Shown in pieces: positions 31,465 through 49,957 of a stretch of DNA of 64,000 bases. The translations under genes and the position numbers were made by a program. The number at the start of each line of letters is the position of its first letter. Positions within the stretch are counted from its first letter, which is position 1. The notes beneath the pieces are model-generated. The model did no database searches. It was not told the origin of the DNA and saw nothing but the letters and a program-made list of their open reading frames with translations. Source of the stretch: the human T2T-CHM13v2.0 reference genome, Homo sapiens; the NCBI RefSeq assembly GCF_009914755.1, contig NC_060941.1. One strand, 5' to 3'.

Positions 31465-33312
31465 ACGTGCATGTGTGCACAAGAGGAGGAGAGGGCTCCA
31501 GCCCTGAGCGCTGGCTGCCTTGGGCTGGTTAATGGAGACAGGTAGCTGCATGTGGATATCCAAGAATGCTTCTCTTGCATACCTGTGTGAACGTGTGGAC
31601 CCAGGACCAGCTGTGGGGCTGCCCAGGAATGTAGACACCCATGGGGGAACAGTGGGGGTCTGTGTGTCACCAAATGCCTGGACTTGGGCTGTAGTGTGTG
31701 TGCCCCATGGAGCCCGTGTCCGAGCCCAGGAAGGAGTGCTTCCGTCACCACACATGTGTTTGTATGATACTTTACATGTTTACTGCCATAAAAAGGCCAC
31801 AAACCAGGGTTATAAGCTGAAAACAACACTTGTTTCCTGAGTACCTACTATGTGCTGGGACCTGTGCCAGACTCTGGAGACACAGAGAGAAGTGAAACTC
31901 AGGCCAGCCCTTCAGGAGCCCACAGGGCAGAGGGAAGGTGGCAGAGCAACAAATCATTTATGGCACAGGCTGTAGGTCCCAAGGGCTGCTCTTCATGTCC
32001 TTCCTCAGGGATCCTATAATATCACAATTGCAGGGATGATCTGTTTTCACTGCCGTCTCCCCCTCCAGGCTATAAGCCCCTTGGGGATGGACACTTAGGA
32101 GGTACACGATGCTCTGTAAGGATGTATAATGCAAAGGTGTCTGTGAGTCAGGCTGTGCCTGGGCAGTTCTGAGCCAGCCATGGCCAATCATGAGCCATAG
32201 CCAGTACTGACAGTACCGCTGGGCTAGGGCTGGGCTCAATTCCTGCCTCCACTACAGCTGGCCCACCTACACCTGCTACGTCAGCTCTCCCAGCCTCTGT
32301 TTTTTCATCTGTGCAATGGAGTTATGATTGTCCCAGCCTCCCAGAGGGCTTGAGGCTTTAGTGAGATTGTGAGCCAGGCCCGGCACATGTGTGCACGTGC
32401 ACACACACACACACACAGAGCTTGGTACACAGGAGCTGCTGTGGAATTATTATTATTAGCAAGAAGGAGCTATTATCTGGGCAGTTCTATGCAGCCTTAT
32501 TGGCCAAAAAGACAGAAGCAGAACTCTGAAGCCTCCATGGGCAAGCTGGAAGGCACCCCAGCAGACAGAAACCTGGTACAGTTCTAACATCAGGAGGAGG
32601 GAACCCAAGGGTGGGGCCACGCCATTGGCTGGCAAGGATTCAAGAGCATCCATCTAAATATTTTCCTCGTGTTTCTCACTCTCCAGCCACTGATGTCTCC
32701 ATCGAGTCTTGGGTGCTTCTTCCAGTCTTTGATTCATAGGCTTACCCATCAGACATCAACATGTAACTTTCATGAAATTTTGAAAAGGTGTCACTTTGGG
32801 AGAATGTGCCCTGCCTTCTCCATGCACAAGCATGCTTATGTGTGCTTAGGGGCATGAGAACAGGAGGAGCAGCTGGGCAGCCTGAGCTGAACCCACTCCA
32901 TCCTCACCTGCCTAGGGGGTGTGGCTGGGGCCTGGTGGGGTCTGTCTGCCACCCCAGTCCATGGCTCTTCCTTCTCTCTGACTCACACTGGTCCAGCTCA
33001 GGCCCCTCATCCTCTAGCTTCTGTGATCGTGGTTCAAAATCTTACCAGTGATATGCTGGAGCTGGGTCCAGCTGGCCTGCAGGGCTAGCTGTGCACATCT
33101 CTTCCTAACTCCAGTGATCAGAAACGATGCCACATTGGTGGCATGAAGTCAGCCATGATGGGAATATTTAAGGCACAGAGATCAACAGATGATACAAATC
33201 AGACCACCATCAACCCTCCTTGAGAACCAGTTGTAAACACCATCACACCCCAGTCCTGCCTGCAGGTATAACGATCACTGATATTAGGTGCCGGCACCTG
33301 CTAGGCATTTAA

Positions 33313-33615
<303 letters not shown>

Positions 33616-34299
33616 CAGCATTTAACATCTTACCTGCACAAAAATCCTGTTAGATATTTCTCATCATCCATATTTCATATGGGGCTCATAACTTACATGA
33701 TTTGACTCCAGGTCTCTGCACATTACATTGGGCCATGTGGCCTCAATAAGTAGAACCATGGGATTTGATAGGGCTGGCAGAGCTGTTAGGAATCATCAGA
33801 TCATGTAATCACTGCGCTCATTTGACAGAGAAACTGAGCTCAAAGAGGCTCAAAGAGGTGGGGGCTTCCTCTGTTAATGCCACCTAACACGGTAGCCACC
33901 ATCTTCCCAACACCTCCCTCAACACCTCTCTCAGCCCCCTACCATGCTGGTGTCCACTGAAAAGCCAAGGTCGCAGTCACTTGATGTTCCCTATGCATGG
34001 CTGATTTTTTGGAAACTTTACATGCAGATCTTGACATTCATTGCAAGTTATATTTTGTTTTGCTTGATTTGACCCCGTGTTCGAGACTCTCAAAAACATT
34101 TTAAATCTCACTTGGGTCATTGGTTGTATGTCTCCTTTCTAGACAGGTACCACGCGCCGCTTTGATCTCTGCACCTTCGCAGCAGAAATTGGGGTTAAAC
34201 TTTAAAAAATAATAAGCAAAACAGAACTTTGGGGCCCAACACTTGAAGTTCCCACCCTATCTACCAGAGATTCTGGCATCTACACACCTTGGAAAGTGG

Positions 34300-35800
34300 G
34301 TCCCTCCTCCCGCAGGGCTCTGTCTGCCCCACTGTCCACTTTGGATTTCTGCGCTGGGGAACATCAGCAGCATTTTGTCAAAAGCCCACGGAGGCCCACG
34401 CTGCGCGCCTCGCCGGTAACAGTCACTCTCCCGTTTAAAAACAGAGCGCCCTTTCCTCTCTCCCCTCTGCCCAAGACTCTTTGCCTGGCAACAGGGTCCC
34501 CTGAGCCATTGGACATGCATTTCCCCCGCTTCCAGAGAGCGGTTCTGCACCAGGACCCGGCCCTGCCCTGAGTCTGCGGGCTGCGGCGAAGAGACCGCAC
34601 TTGCCCGGCAGGAGGGCGGACAATGACCCGGGTTTTCCACCGACTCCAGATGCGTCCCTCCTCCTACCCCTCCACCTTCTCTACCTCGGAGAAGCCATTG
34701 CGCTTGCCTCCGCCCCATCCCGGAGAGGCAGAATCTCCTCCGTCCCCGCCTCGTACCCTCCTCCCCGCCTCTCCAGGCCCGGGGGGCTTCACGTTCAGCC
34801 ACCGCGACCCCGGGCGGGCGCGGCGCCAGGTGAGCGCTCACCTGGGGCCGGAGGGCGGGGCAATGGGGGAGGGGCGGGGGCGGTCCAGGGGCGGCTGCCC
34901 CACCCGCGACGGGGCGGGGCGAGGGCGGTGGGGCCAATGGGGCGGGGGGCTCGCCGCCCGGGGCTGGGGAGCCTCCCAATCTCCTCCTTTCCCAGCGCCG
35001 CCTGCCCCGCCCCACCCGGGTTTAAAGTCCCGCGGGCGGGTGGTGGCGGAGCTGCGAGCTTGAGCGGCGCGAGGAGATGCTAGAGGGCGCAGCGCCGCCA
35101 GCACCATGCGCCCCCCGCCCGCGCTGGCCCTGGCCGGGCTCTGCCTGCTGGCGCTGCCCGCCGCCGCCGCCTCCTACTTCGGGTCAGTGCCCGCCGCGCC
35201 CCCCGCCCGCTCCCCGGCCTGCCTGTCTCTCCCTCCTGCGCTACAGCTGGGCCAATTTTTCCCTCCCGCTGTCCTTGGCCCCGCCGAGGTCTCGAACTCA
35301 GACCCTAGCCCGGCGCGACCCAACCCACTTCGCAGTCGGAGTTCGCGCCCTGAGTTCGGTCTCCAGCTTCCCCGGCTCCGAATCCATCGCCCTGTTCAGT
35401 GTCCGAGTCTCTGGTCGCCCCCCAGCCGCCGCTCTCCTCATCCCGCCGGGTCTCGGACTCTGCGCACGCCTCGGACCCTGGCCCCGTCCGCCCCGGCCCC
35501 GCCCGTTCAGGCGTCAGTCCCGCTCTCTGATGCCCTCTCGGGATCCTCACGCCGGTGCCCTGTCTGCCGCCATCCTGGCCTCCGGCGAGCCGTCCTTGCC
35601 TCGGACTCCTTCCCCACCCTCCGCCTTCGCCCTGCGGAGCGGAGACCGAGAGGGCTGGGTGGATGGGTGGGACGGGCTGTTCCCGGTCTCGGGGCAGAGG
35701 ATCGTGCGCGTCCAGGGAGAATGGGGGAAACCTCGGACGGTGAGAGCGCCAGCTGGAGACGCAGGAAGGAACCGTGCGCTGGGGAAATGCGACCACATCT
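34300..35800. promoter_or_regulatory. WNT9B: CpG island / WNT9B promoter
   Basis: Several GGGGCGGGG GC boxes (34850-34950), CCAAT at 34934 and 34976, TATA-like TTTAAA at 35021-35026, 85 bp before the ATG. Confidence 0.9.
35106..35182 (+). CDS. WNT9B: WNT9B exon 1 (signal peptide MRPPPALALAGLCLLALPAAAASYF-G), 77 nt, phase 2
   Basis: GCACCATGC start; hydrophobic leader; donor GG|GTCAGT; splices in frame to exon 2. Confidence 0.96.
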
Positions 35801-35854
35801 CAGACCTGGCATGGGGTGATTTCTCAGGAGAACACTGGAAAGAGTGAGAGGGCC

Positions 35855-35856
<2 letters not shown>

Positions 35857-35906
<50 letters not shown>
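35857..35906. repeat. (GT)~25 microsatellite at the 3' edge of the WNT9B CpG island
   Basis: Pure GT run. Confidence 0.95.
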
Positions 35907-35908
<2 letters not shown>

Positions 35909-36828
35909 ATGGTTGGAAAAGGAGGATCACAGTGGGGGGTGACACCTGGGGGACAGTGGGGTAGGTGACACTGGGGAGAGAGCCGGACAGGAACTATGTG
36001 GGGAATGTTTGGAGCAAAAGTTATAGGGCAATTGTTTCCAGTCCCTTCTTCTCTGACCCTGAATTGCAGGGATTTGGTGAGGGATGGGGGCGGGTATCAT
36101 GGGTAAGAAGGCACCTTCCCACCATCCACCCAAAGCCAACTCCAATATGTACAGCCTGTTACTTTAAGCCTTGCCTCCTTTTAAAATCTTCACCCCAAAT
36201 CAATAGGAGGCTTACAGTCTGAGTATATACAGCAAAGGCAAGAAAACACCAAGCAAGTGACCTGCTAGAGGCTGCTTTGAAGAAGTAGCCAGGGAGAGGT
36301 ATGTAAAGGTCTGAGAAGTTCTGCACAGGTTGGAGTAAGGGCTGTGGGCTAATTTCCAGGTCATGACCCCTGGTGGAAACATGTCTGGGCTGTGGAGGAG
36401 GGTATCATCCCAGACCCTAGCTCTGGGCTTAGCTTGCTAATGATATGGGAAGACCACTCAGTCTCTGGGCCTCACTTTCTCCTTTTGTACAAAGAAGGGG
36501 TTGAACTTGATATGACTGATCCTTTTGCGATCCACCCCAACAGCAGTGCACAACTTGTTTGTTTCCGAAGATTTCAGGCTTGAAGGAATGGTTGTTCCCT
36601 CGGCAGGCAGGATGTCATCATCACTAGGGCACAGACTCTGGGGTCAGTCTTGCCACTTGCTAGGTGTGCTCTTGGCCAAGTCACTTAACTTAACCTCTCT
36701 GTCTCTCAGTCTCTCAATCTGTAAAATGAAGATTATACTGCCTATTTTATAAGAAGATTGAGCTAGTACATGTAAAGCACTTAGGACAGTGTCTAGCATG
36801 CAGTAAGTGCTCAACTAATGCTAGTGAC

Positions 36829-37130
36829 TTTTTTTTTTTTTTTTTTTTTTTTTTAAGACGGAGTCTCCCTCTGTCACCCAGGCTGGAGTGCAGTGATGTG
36901 ATCTTGGGTCACTGCAACCTCCATCTCATGGGTTCAAGCGATTCTCCTGCCTCAGCCTCCTGAATAGCTGGGACTATAGGCGCGTGCCACCATGCCCAGC
37001 TAATTTTTGTATTTTTAGTAGAGACAGTGTTTCACCATGTTGGCCAGGCTGGTCTCGAACTCCTGATCTCAATCTGCCCAACTCAGCCTCCCAAAGTGCT
37101 GGGATTACAGGCATGAGCCACCAGGCCTGG
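36829..37130 (-). mobile_element. Alu
   Basis: T~26 plus reverse Alu. Confidence 0.9.
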
Positions 37131-38128
37131 CTAGTTTTTTTCATTAAGGAAACCAGTTATAGAATCTTGATGTCCTGGCCCTAACAGTTTTCTGAGCTGG
37201 AATGGAAAGGGATGGGACAAATGGTACCTATATCCTCTTACACACTGGCTCATTTCCACGATTCATTTGTTTGCTTGGTTTTTATGGTTAGAGATGGGGC
37301 AAGAGTCAGGTGAGATGAGAGGAGAGGGGTTCCAGGAGGACCACCCTAGCTGCTGTATTGGAAGGGAAAGGTGTTCTCAGCAGTGCATGGGGTTAGAATT
37401 TTGAGGGAACTGAGCATGGAGCAGCCTTGAAAATGACATGTGAGATGGTCAAATAGGCCTGGGTTAGGGCTGAGAGGGATGAGTATCGGAGCCACCTCTT
37501 CCAGGTCAGGAGCCCAGCTGGAAAGAGCTGACAAAAGACACAAAAGCCACCACCACCCCAATCTGGGGAGCAGGACAGATGCTCAGAGAATCAGCTAAAA
37601 CTGGGGCCTCATGATGTTAAGTGTTTGGTCTCAGGGAACAGACAGGATTCAGCCTGAGCTCTCAGTTAAGAAACCCTCTGGTGACTCAGACCAGGTTTCC
37701 CAGCTTCCCATCTGCATTCGCTGTCTGGGAGGAATCTGGTATCAGTCATCTACACTGTAGTGGGAAAGTGAGGCAAAGCGCTTCTTCCTCCGCAGTCATT
37801 TGCATTTGATTATAACACAAAGTGCTTTGGCATCCTGATAAGAGAATATGCAAACATCAGGAGGGCAGGTGAGGCCGATCTTCTTGGGCTCTTTGAAATC
37901 ATAGAATCGTAGACTTCAGAGTTGGAAGTGACCCCAGAAGGATCTCTGGTCCAAAACTCACTGCTTCAAGCAGGATGTATTATTATCCCAATTTTTCAGA
38001 TGAGGCAACCCCCAAACCCCAAACCACAGTGAGCCAGCTGTTGGTTCTGCTGCTTTTGAGTGAGCCTAGAGCCTAATTCTGTTAATGGTGATAAAAAAAA
38101 ACATAACTAGTATTGCAGTTTACAAATC

Positions 38129-38425
38129 TCTTTTTTCTTTTTTTGAGATGGAGTCTTGCTGTGTCACCCAGGCTGGGTGCAGTGTCATGATCTCGGCTCA
38201 CTGCAACCGCCACCTCCTGGGCTCAAGCAATTTTCCTGCCTCAGCTTTCCGAGAGCTAGGATTACTGGTGCCCCCCATCACACCCCACTAATTTTTGTAT
38301 TTTTAATAGAGATGGGGTTTCACCATGTTGGGCAGGCTGGTCTTGAACTCCTGACCTCAGGTGATCCACTTGCCTGGGCCTCCTAAAGTGCTGGGATTAC
38401 AGGCATGAGCTACCATGCCCAGCCC
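38129..38425 (-). mobile_element. AluS inserted in a MIR-like segment
   Basis: Reverse Alu flanked by ATC(T/A)CTTT; the uninterrupted site is visible in the duplicate near 42081-42100. Confidence 0.9.
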
Positions 38426-39164
38426 ATCACTTTCTCATACAGCCATCTCTCTCATCTGATCCTCAGAGCCATTTCTCCAGAGCCATGTAGGATGGGTGTA
38501 AATAGTTCCCACAAGGAATCTGAAGGTCAGAAAGGTTCAGTCAGTCACCCAGTGTTACACAGTGAATCGGTGGGGGAGGTTGAATAGAAACCCTGCTTCC
38601 AGTCTGGGCCCTTCAACCTACAGGAACAGCCTCCAGTGCTAAGACAGTATGATTCCCCCAGGGCAGCAGTGGCTGCAGAGAGGCCGAAGGGGGTGAGGGT
38701 GGAGGGAGCCTCCCTTCCCTGCTTAATTGACTCTTTTAGACTCTCTTGGCTGTAGTGAGATGGATAAGGCCGCACATTCTTTTCTGTCCTCAGTAGTGAG
38801 ACGGGTTGCACTGACCCCTGCTAGACTGTCAGTTTGGCTCACAGAACAGCATGATGGCAGTGGGACAGGAGGCGGACCAGAGGTGAGGGTCCAAGCTAGT
38901 CCTGGCTCTGGGACACTCTCTGTGTTGTCCCTGATCAAGTCACTCATCTCCAAGGTCAGTAGCACCTGGAGGTGCTAAGGTTCCCTAATGCTAACAGGGC
39001 TGGTCCTGGCTCTGGAAGTCTAGGATTGCTGAAGAGTTTTTATTTTGGCTTTGAATGCCTAGGAATTCCACAAATGTTAACTTCTGTGATGTTGTATAAA
39101 TGAAAATGCACTGCATTATGTGATGAGCTGGGCACAAGACAGGCCCAGTTACCCAATCCAGTCT

Positions 39165-40243
<1,079 letters not shown>

Positions 40244-40259
40244 CAGCCAATGCATGCAT

Positions 40260-43450
<3,191 letters not shown>

Positions 43451-44324
43451 AATTGAATTGGGGCCTGAGAAAAACATAGTTGGAGGGAAGGAAAGGTAAA
43501 AGAAATTTTACTGCTTTGGGGGTGGTGGACTGAAAGCCAAACATCGCTGATAAGAATCACTGTGTTTTGGGAAGGAATTTAGGCCAGCTTGTCTCTGGCT
43601 GAGCTGTAACCCCTGAGGAGCTGGGCTCCAGAGTTGGGCTGAGAGTCATCCTAGCCTCTTCAGTGGATGATGGTGGACTTTCTGTGGCTGAGGACGGGAA
43701 GGAGGAGAGGAGGGAAGCGGGGCCGGCAGACTCCCGGGCTGGAATCTCCTAAGGAAGAGAGGTCCTGGTGCCTTTGGGATTATGTGCTCAGGTGGAAGTT
43801 GGGCTCAGGAGGAGGTGGGCCAGGTGCTGTGAGGGTGACTCCCATCCTGGCATCAGCATGAGCAGGATCGGACATGGCCCAAGGCCCTGTTATAGTGTAA
43901 GGGGCACTGGGCTTGGGGTCACACAGATCAGAGTTCAAATCTCCATCTACCACTTACTGACTGACCCAGGGCAAGTCAGATAACCATTCTGACCCCAGTT
44001 TTCTCATCTGTAAAATGGGATAATCTTGATCTCTTAGGCTTGTTGTAAGAGTTAAATGAATGTATATATAGGTATTCAAATGCTATCTCTATATAAGGAT
44101 TCCAAGAAATCTAGTGATCTGCCTTACAGCGTCCCACGTTTAGAAGAGTCTTTGGTGGTGACATCTGTTCCTTCTTCTCTGTGCCTGTATCCCAGCCACT
44201 GTACAATTCAGAACAAACCCAGCCTTTTCTGTGCTCAGCACTTTATGTGCATTACTTCACCTCACATTGTGGCAACCCAGGAGGTAGGTGCTGATATAAT
44301 TCTCATTTATTTTAAAATTTCACT

Positions 44325-44487
44325 TTTTTTTTATTTTTAGAGAGATAGGTTCCTGCTCTGTCACCCAGACTAGAGTGCAATGGCTTGATCATAGCTCATG
44401 GCAGCCTTGAACTCCTGACCTCAAGCAGTCCTCCTGCCTCTGCCTTCTGAGTAGCTGGGATTACAGGCCCAAGGCATCATACCTGGC
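44325..44487 (-). mobile_element. Alu monomer/fragment
   Basis: About half-length reverse Alu-like sequence. Confidence 0.7.
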
Positions 44488-45346
44488 CAGTTATCCTCAT
44501 TTATAGGTGTGCGTGTTGGGGGGAAACTGTCAGAATCCAAGCCAACCTCTTCATCTCTGCCATATGTTGGCAGTGGAACCCCAACTGGAGGCCTGTCCCC
44601 TTAGGGCAGCTCTGTCCCTCTGAGCCCCGACCCTGTGGCCCAGGCCCTGCACTTGGTGCATGTCCTGGGCATCTGTTGTCCTGTGTGTCTCAAACTCTTG
44701 GCTCATTAGCTAATTTTTCAGGTGCTCAGGTCTTCAATTCACTTGTAGTTTCCTTTAGTAGAGACCTCGGGGCCCTGCTGTTGGCTGAGTCCCACAGTCT
44801 CTAGCAGTGCTCCCTGGTCTGCAGTGAATATCTTGGTGGGCAGCGTCCTCTCCCTTTCACTGGCCCTTCCTTTCCCCTGGAATCTCCCTCTGTGCCCTGT
44901 CCCATTCACTCCTTCATCTTCTGCCTCCATGGGCTCTCTGGGGCACATACTACCTCACCTAGGCCTGGCCAACTGGGAGCCATGGCCTGGCTTCTGTCAG
45001 GATAGGAACTGGACACAAAGCAGAGAGCAGAGACTTATCCCCATCGGACTCCAGAAATCAGCCACACCCACCACCTCATGGCATGCTGGTAGCAGCAGAC
45101 ATGAGCTGGGGGCATAGGGTGGCCTCTTCTACACCCAAGCCCCTCATTGGAGAGATGAAGGCTGAAGAGGAGGGTGAAGAGTCTTAGAGCCAGAAAGACC
45201 AACTACCAAGCTCTGGTCAGTCCTGGAAACTTCCAAGAGGCTGGTTTTAGGGCAAGACCAAAGGGTTTGTTTTTCCTGGTGTTACAATCCCTTTGAGGCC
45301 AGATGCTGTCAGAATTCAACATTTCTCTTTGAATTTTAGAAAAGTA

Positions 45347-46355
<1,009 letters not shown>

Positions 46356-49089
46356 TGAGTTTTAAACAAAGACTCAGGCCAGTTGCTTGGCTGGTCCTCG
46401 CTGGGTGTCACCAGGCTACCCAAGCACAGATCTTCCCCAGGAACTGAGGTTCAGAGGGAACGGGCCTGGCTCTCAGACCCCAAGGTACAGGGCCCCACAG
46501 GGGCTGAGGACCATGGCGGGATGGCCCCGAGATCTGGCACTGGGGAGAGCATACGCCAGCAATCAGTCGTGGGCTAGGGAGGGCGTGGCCACAGGCAGCC
46601 TCCTCCAGAGCCACGCCCTCCCAAAGCCCGCCCAGCCCCAGCTTGGGAAGGTTTGGCGGTGGGGCGTTAGGTGGTAGCCTCTGCAGCCAGAGAGCAAGAC
46701 CACAGCGAAGCCAGCAGGGTGGGACTGCAGGGAGGCTGAGGGACAGCCCCGAACTGCACTCCTTGCGTGGGGTTAGACACCTAAGGGGCATAATATGCAG
46801 CCAGCAGGTGTCTGTAGAGCATCTGCTTGGGAGGAGCACGCATCTGGACTGGGAAAGAATGGATCTCAGGGTATGAAAAACCATGGCCTCTGCCAAGGAG
46901 CTTACAGGATACAGCTTTGAAGAGGAAGAAAGGAGTGTCTGCCATGCGGAACTGATGGTACTATATATACAAAAGTGGGAGAAGACAAAGAAAGAGGATG
47001 GTTAGAGGGGGATGGGGCTGGCAAGTAAGGAGGGCTTCCTGGAGGAGGCAAACAAACATCACAGCATACTAGAGCTGTCTGGGACCTCGGGGTGATCAAA
47101 TGTTAAAAAAGGACATGGCTATAAAAGGTTCCAGGGTATCCATGAGGGCTTTTGGACTGGGAGAAGGTTACAGCATGGGGGTCGGACCGAGTTAGACATG
47201 GCAGAGGACAAGGGAGAGACTAGCCTGGCTGAGGGGAGGGTCCCCTTTCTCCAGCCCTGGCTGGCTCTGGATTTAGGACAGTCCTAGTGGTTCTATTCCC
47301 AAGGGAGCCGCTCACAACTACATCCATCCCAGGGGGTGTCCTGGACTACTCTGGGGGTGGATCCTTGATCAGGCAGGGAGGTTCCTGCTGTCCCTACAGC
47401 TGGGCGAAGGGTGTGGGCCATCCGTGGGGCCTGCAGGAGAACAAGTGGAATCTGCAGCATGGGACATCTCTGCCTAGAGCCTGTGCAAACAATGGCACTG
47501 TCCTCATCATTGAGGGGGTCACGCACAAGGCATTCCCCAGAGGCCTGGCCCTTCCAGGGCCCAAGCCCAGCCTGAGCCTGCCTGTGCGTGGGAAGAGGGT
47601 GATCGGAGCCCAGGGTGCATTCAAGAACCTGTCAAGGTAGTTAGTTGGTCAATGCGTCATGGTTAAATAACTTGGCTGCAGTCACCCAGCCAGAGTCACC
47701 CAGTACCCTGGTTGGGTAGGAACTTGCCACCAGGAGTGCGGTTTCAGCCATGATTTGCCTTTCCCTGAACTTCCCACCCACTGCCTCCACATCCCCACAC
47801 CAAGCTCCCCCAACTCCTTCTCTTCACATACCAGGCCCTCTCCTTTGAACTTCCCTCTATCTAGCCAAGTATGTTCTCAAGCACTGGTATTGTATCAGAC
47901 TCTCACACTTTAGTATGAAGAGGTAGGCCACTTCTGTAAGCCTGATTCCTGACTTTTTGCTGAAGAGACTGAGTTTCAGACCAGGGAAAGTAGCCTTTAA
48001 ACAGAGGGTCTTTCTCTCCCTTCCTGAGGGTCCACCCTTGGGCCACCCAGGGGGTCAGAGGAGTCCTGACCAGGTTTCCTTCCCTCAAAACCTAGCTGTC
48101 TTGCATTTCCACCACCTTAGATGCTTGCTGTGGTGATGGCTGATTTGGCTTCCCTGATGTGCTGGGTCTGCAAGCAGAAACTGCCAGGCTTGGTGGAAGC
48201 AATCAAGAGACCTGGGCCACAGACCCAGCCCTGCTACCAAGCCAGTGGGTCGCCTTGGACGACCAATCTTGCATGAATTTGTGGCCACCGGAGACCTGCA
48301 CACTTGGCATGCCCTTGCCCTCCTGCTTCCCCGCACAGCCTCCAGGACACCTTCCAGGAGCCAGCAGAGCAGAACTTCTGGGCCGGGTGACCTTAAAGGG
48401 TTTCTCCAGCTCTAACGTATAATGGTTTGAATGGTGTACATTTGGACTCAGCCTAGGAACTGGGGTAGATGTTTACAGTCACAGACTCATAGAGGTGATG
48501 GATCCTTCTTTGCAGGAATGACTTTGGGGACCCTCCGCAGCCACTGTGACACCTGATGCATACGTGCCAGGGACAAAGGCTTCCTCTCCTTGGCTTCAGC
48601 CCGAGCCTGAGTGGAGAGGGAGAGAGACAGGAGGAAGAAGAAAAAGCATTTCCTTCACAGATGTTGAACTAGCCACACTCTAAATGCCGGGGATTGTTGA
48701 GATGCAAAGCATGCTTGCTGTGCGAGCTGCTCACTACCCACTTAGCCCCTGAGCACGTCTCCCTGATGCCATCCCCTGCAGGCAGCCTGGTCTGCGGCTG
48801 TGAGACAGGAAGTGGGGCTGTGCTTGGAGAGACAAAGCCTACAGCTGGACCCGGCTCTTTCCTCTCTGAGTCAGGGATGGGTGGGGGACGAGGCTGTGGG
48901 GTGGGCTCCAGCGGGGAAGTGTGGCCAGATTCAGTCCTCAGGGTGGGTTCATGGGGATGGAGGGTGAGAGCTGGGTAGGGAAGGAAGGCTGGATCCAGGA
49001 GTAGGGGTTGGGGAGCCAGACAGGAGGAACGAGTGGTTTTGAGGTCTGTGGGTGGACTGGGCAAAAAGCTGATGCTTAGAAAAGTCCTT

Positions 49090-49376
49090 TTTGGTGTGTG
49101 TGACAGGGTCTCACTCTGTCACCCAGGCTGGAGTGCGGTGGCGTGATCATGGCCCACTGCAGCCTTGACCTCCTGGGCTCAAGCGATCCTCCTAGCCTGT
49201 AGCTGGAACCACAGGCACGTGCCACCATGCCCAGCTAATTTTTTAATTTTTAATTTTGTAGAGACAACGTCTCACTTACGTTGCCCAGGCTGGTTTTGAA
49301 CTCCTAGGCTCAAGTGATTCACCTGCCTTGACTTCCCAAAGTGCTGGTACTACAGGTGCGCGCCACAATGCCTGAC
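49090..49376 (-). mobile_element. Alu (J-type)
   Basis: Reverse AluJ-like with an internal deletion. Confidence 0.85.
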
Positions 49377-49809
49377 CAAAAAAATCCTTTATAGTTGTAC
49401 TTTTGTTTATTGATACTCAGTTAATAGAGGTATAAATGAATGAGCGAGTAAGTGAAAAGAGGGGGTGGAGAGAGTTGGGCATAAAGGTAGGAAGGTTGGA
49501 AATAGTAGCTTCCGAATTTGCCTGGCTGCAGGACGTCATGGAGGAGGTGCAAGGTGGCATTGGGTGCTGTAGAAGAGAAAGGCACCTGGAAGGTAGAGGG
49601 GAGGGTGTGCTCACAGTAGGGGAAATCTGGGGCCTCCCAGTGTAACAGCAGGAGGGGAGAGAAGCCTGGAGTTGGTGTTGAGCAGCCACCCTCAAAAAAG
49701 GGCTGCCCAGAGCCATGGTGCCCTCTCTTACTGGGCCAGGCACTGCCCCTCACTGAACTCCCCGCTACTGGGAAGAGGTTGGGAGCGGAGAGCACAGGAG
49801 GGGCTAGGG

Positions 49810-49957
49810 GTGTGTGAGAGTGTGTGTGTGAGTGTGTATGTGCGTGAGAATGTGTGTATGTGTGAGAGTGTGCATGAGTGTATGTGCGAGTATAGGTGTG
49901 TATGAATGTGGATGTGTGTGTGAGGGAGTGTGAGTGTGTGTGTGTATTTGTGTGTGT
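49810..49957. repeat. Degenerate (GT/GA)n simple repeat
   Basis: Imperfect TG-rich tract. Confidence 0.85.

Noticed and set aside
35074-35092. CTCF-like GCTAGAGGGCGC in the WNT9B 5' UTR (and GAGGGGGCGC near 19263)
   Set aside because: Both lack the 5' CC of the core, so too weak to call
35183-35847. Unspliced continuations of ORFs 35106-35819 and 35077-35847
   Set aside because: Read-through into intron 1; the Wnt frame continues only after splicing at 35182
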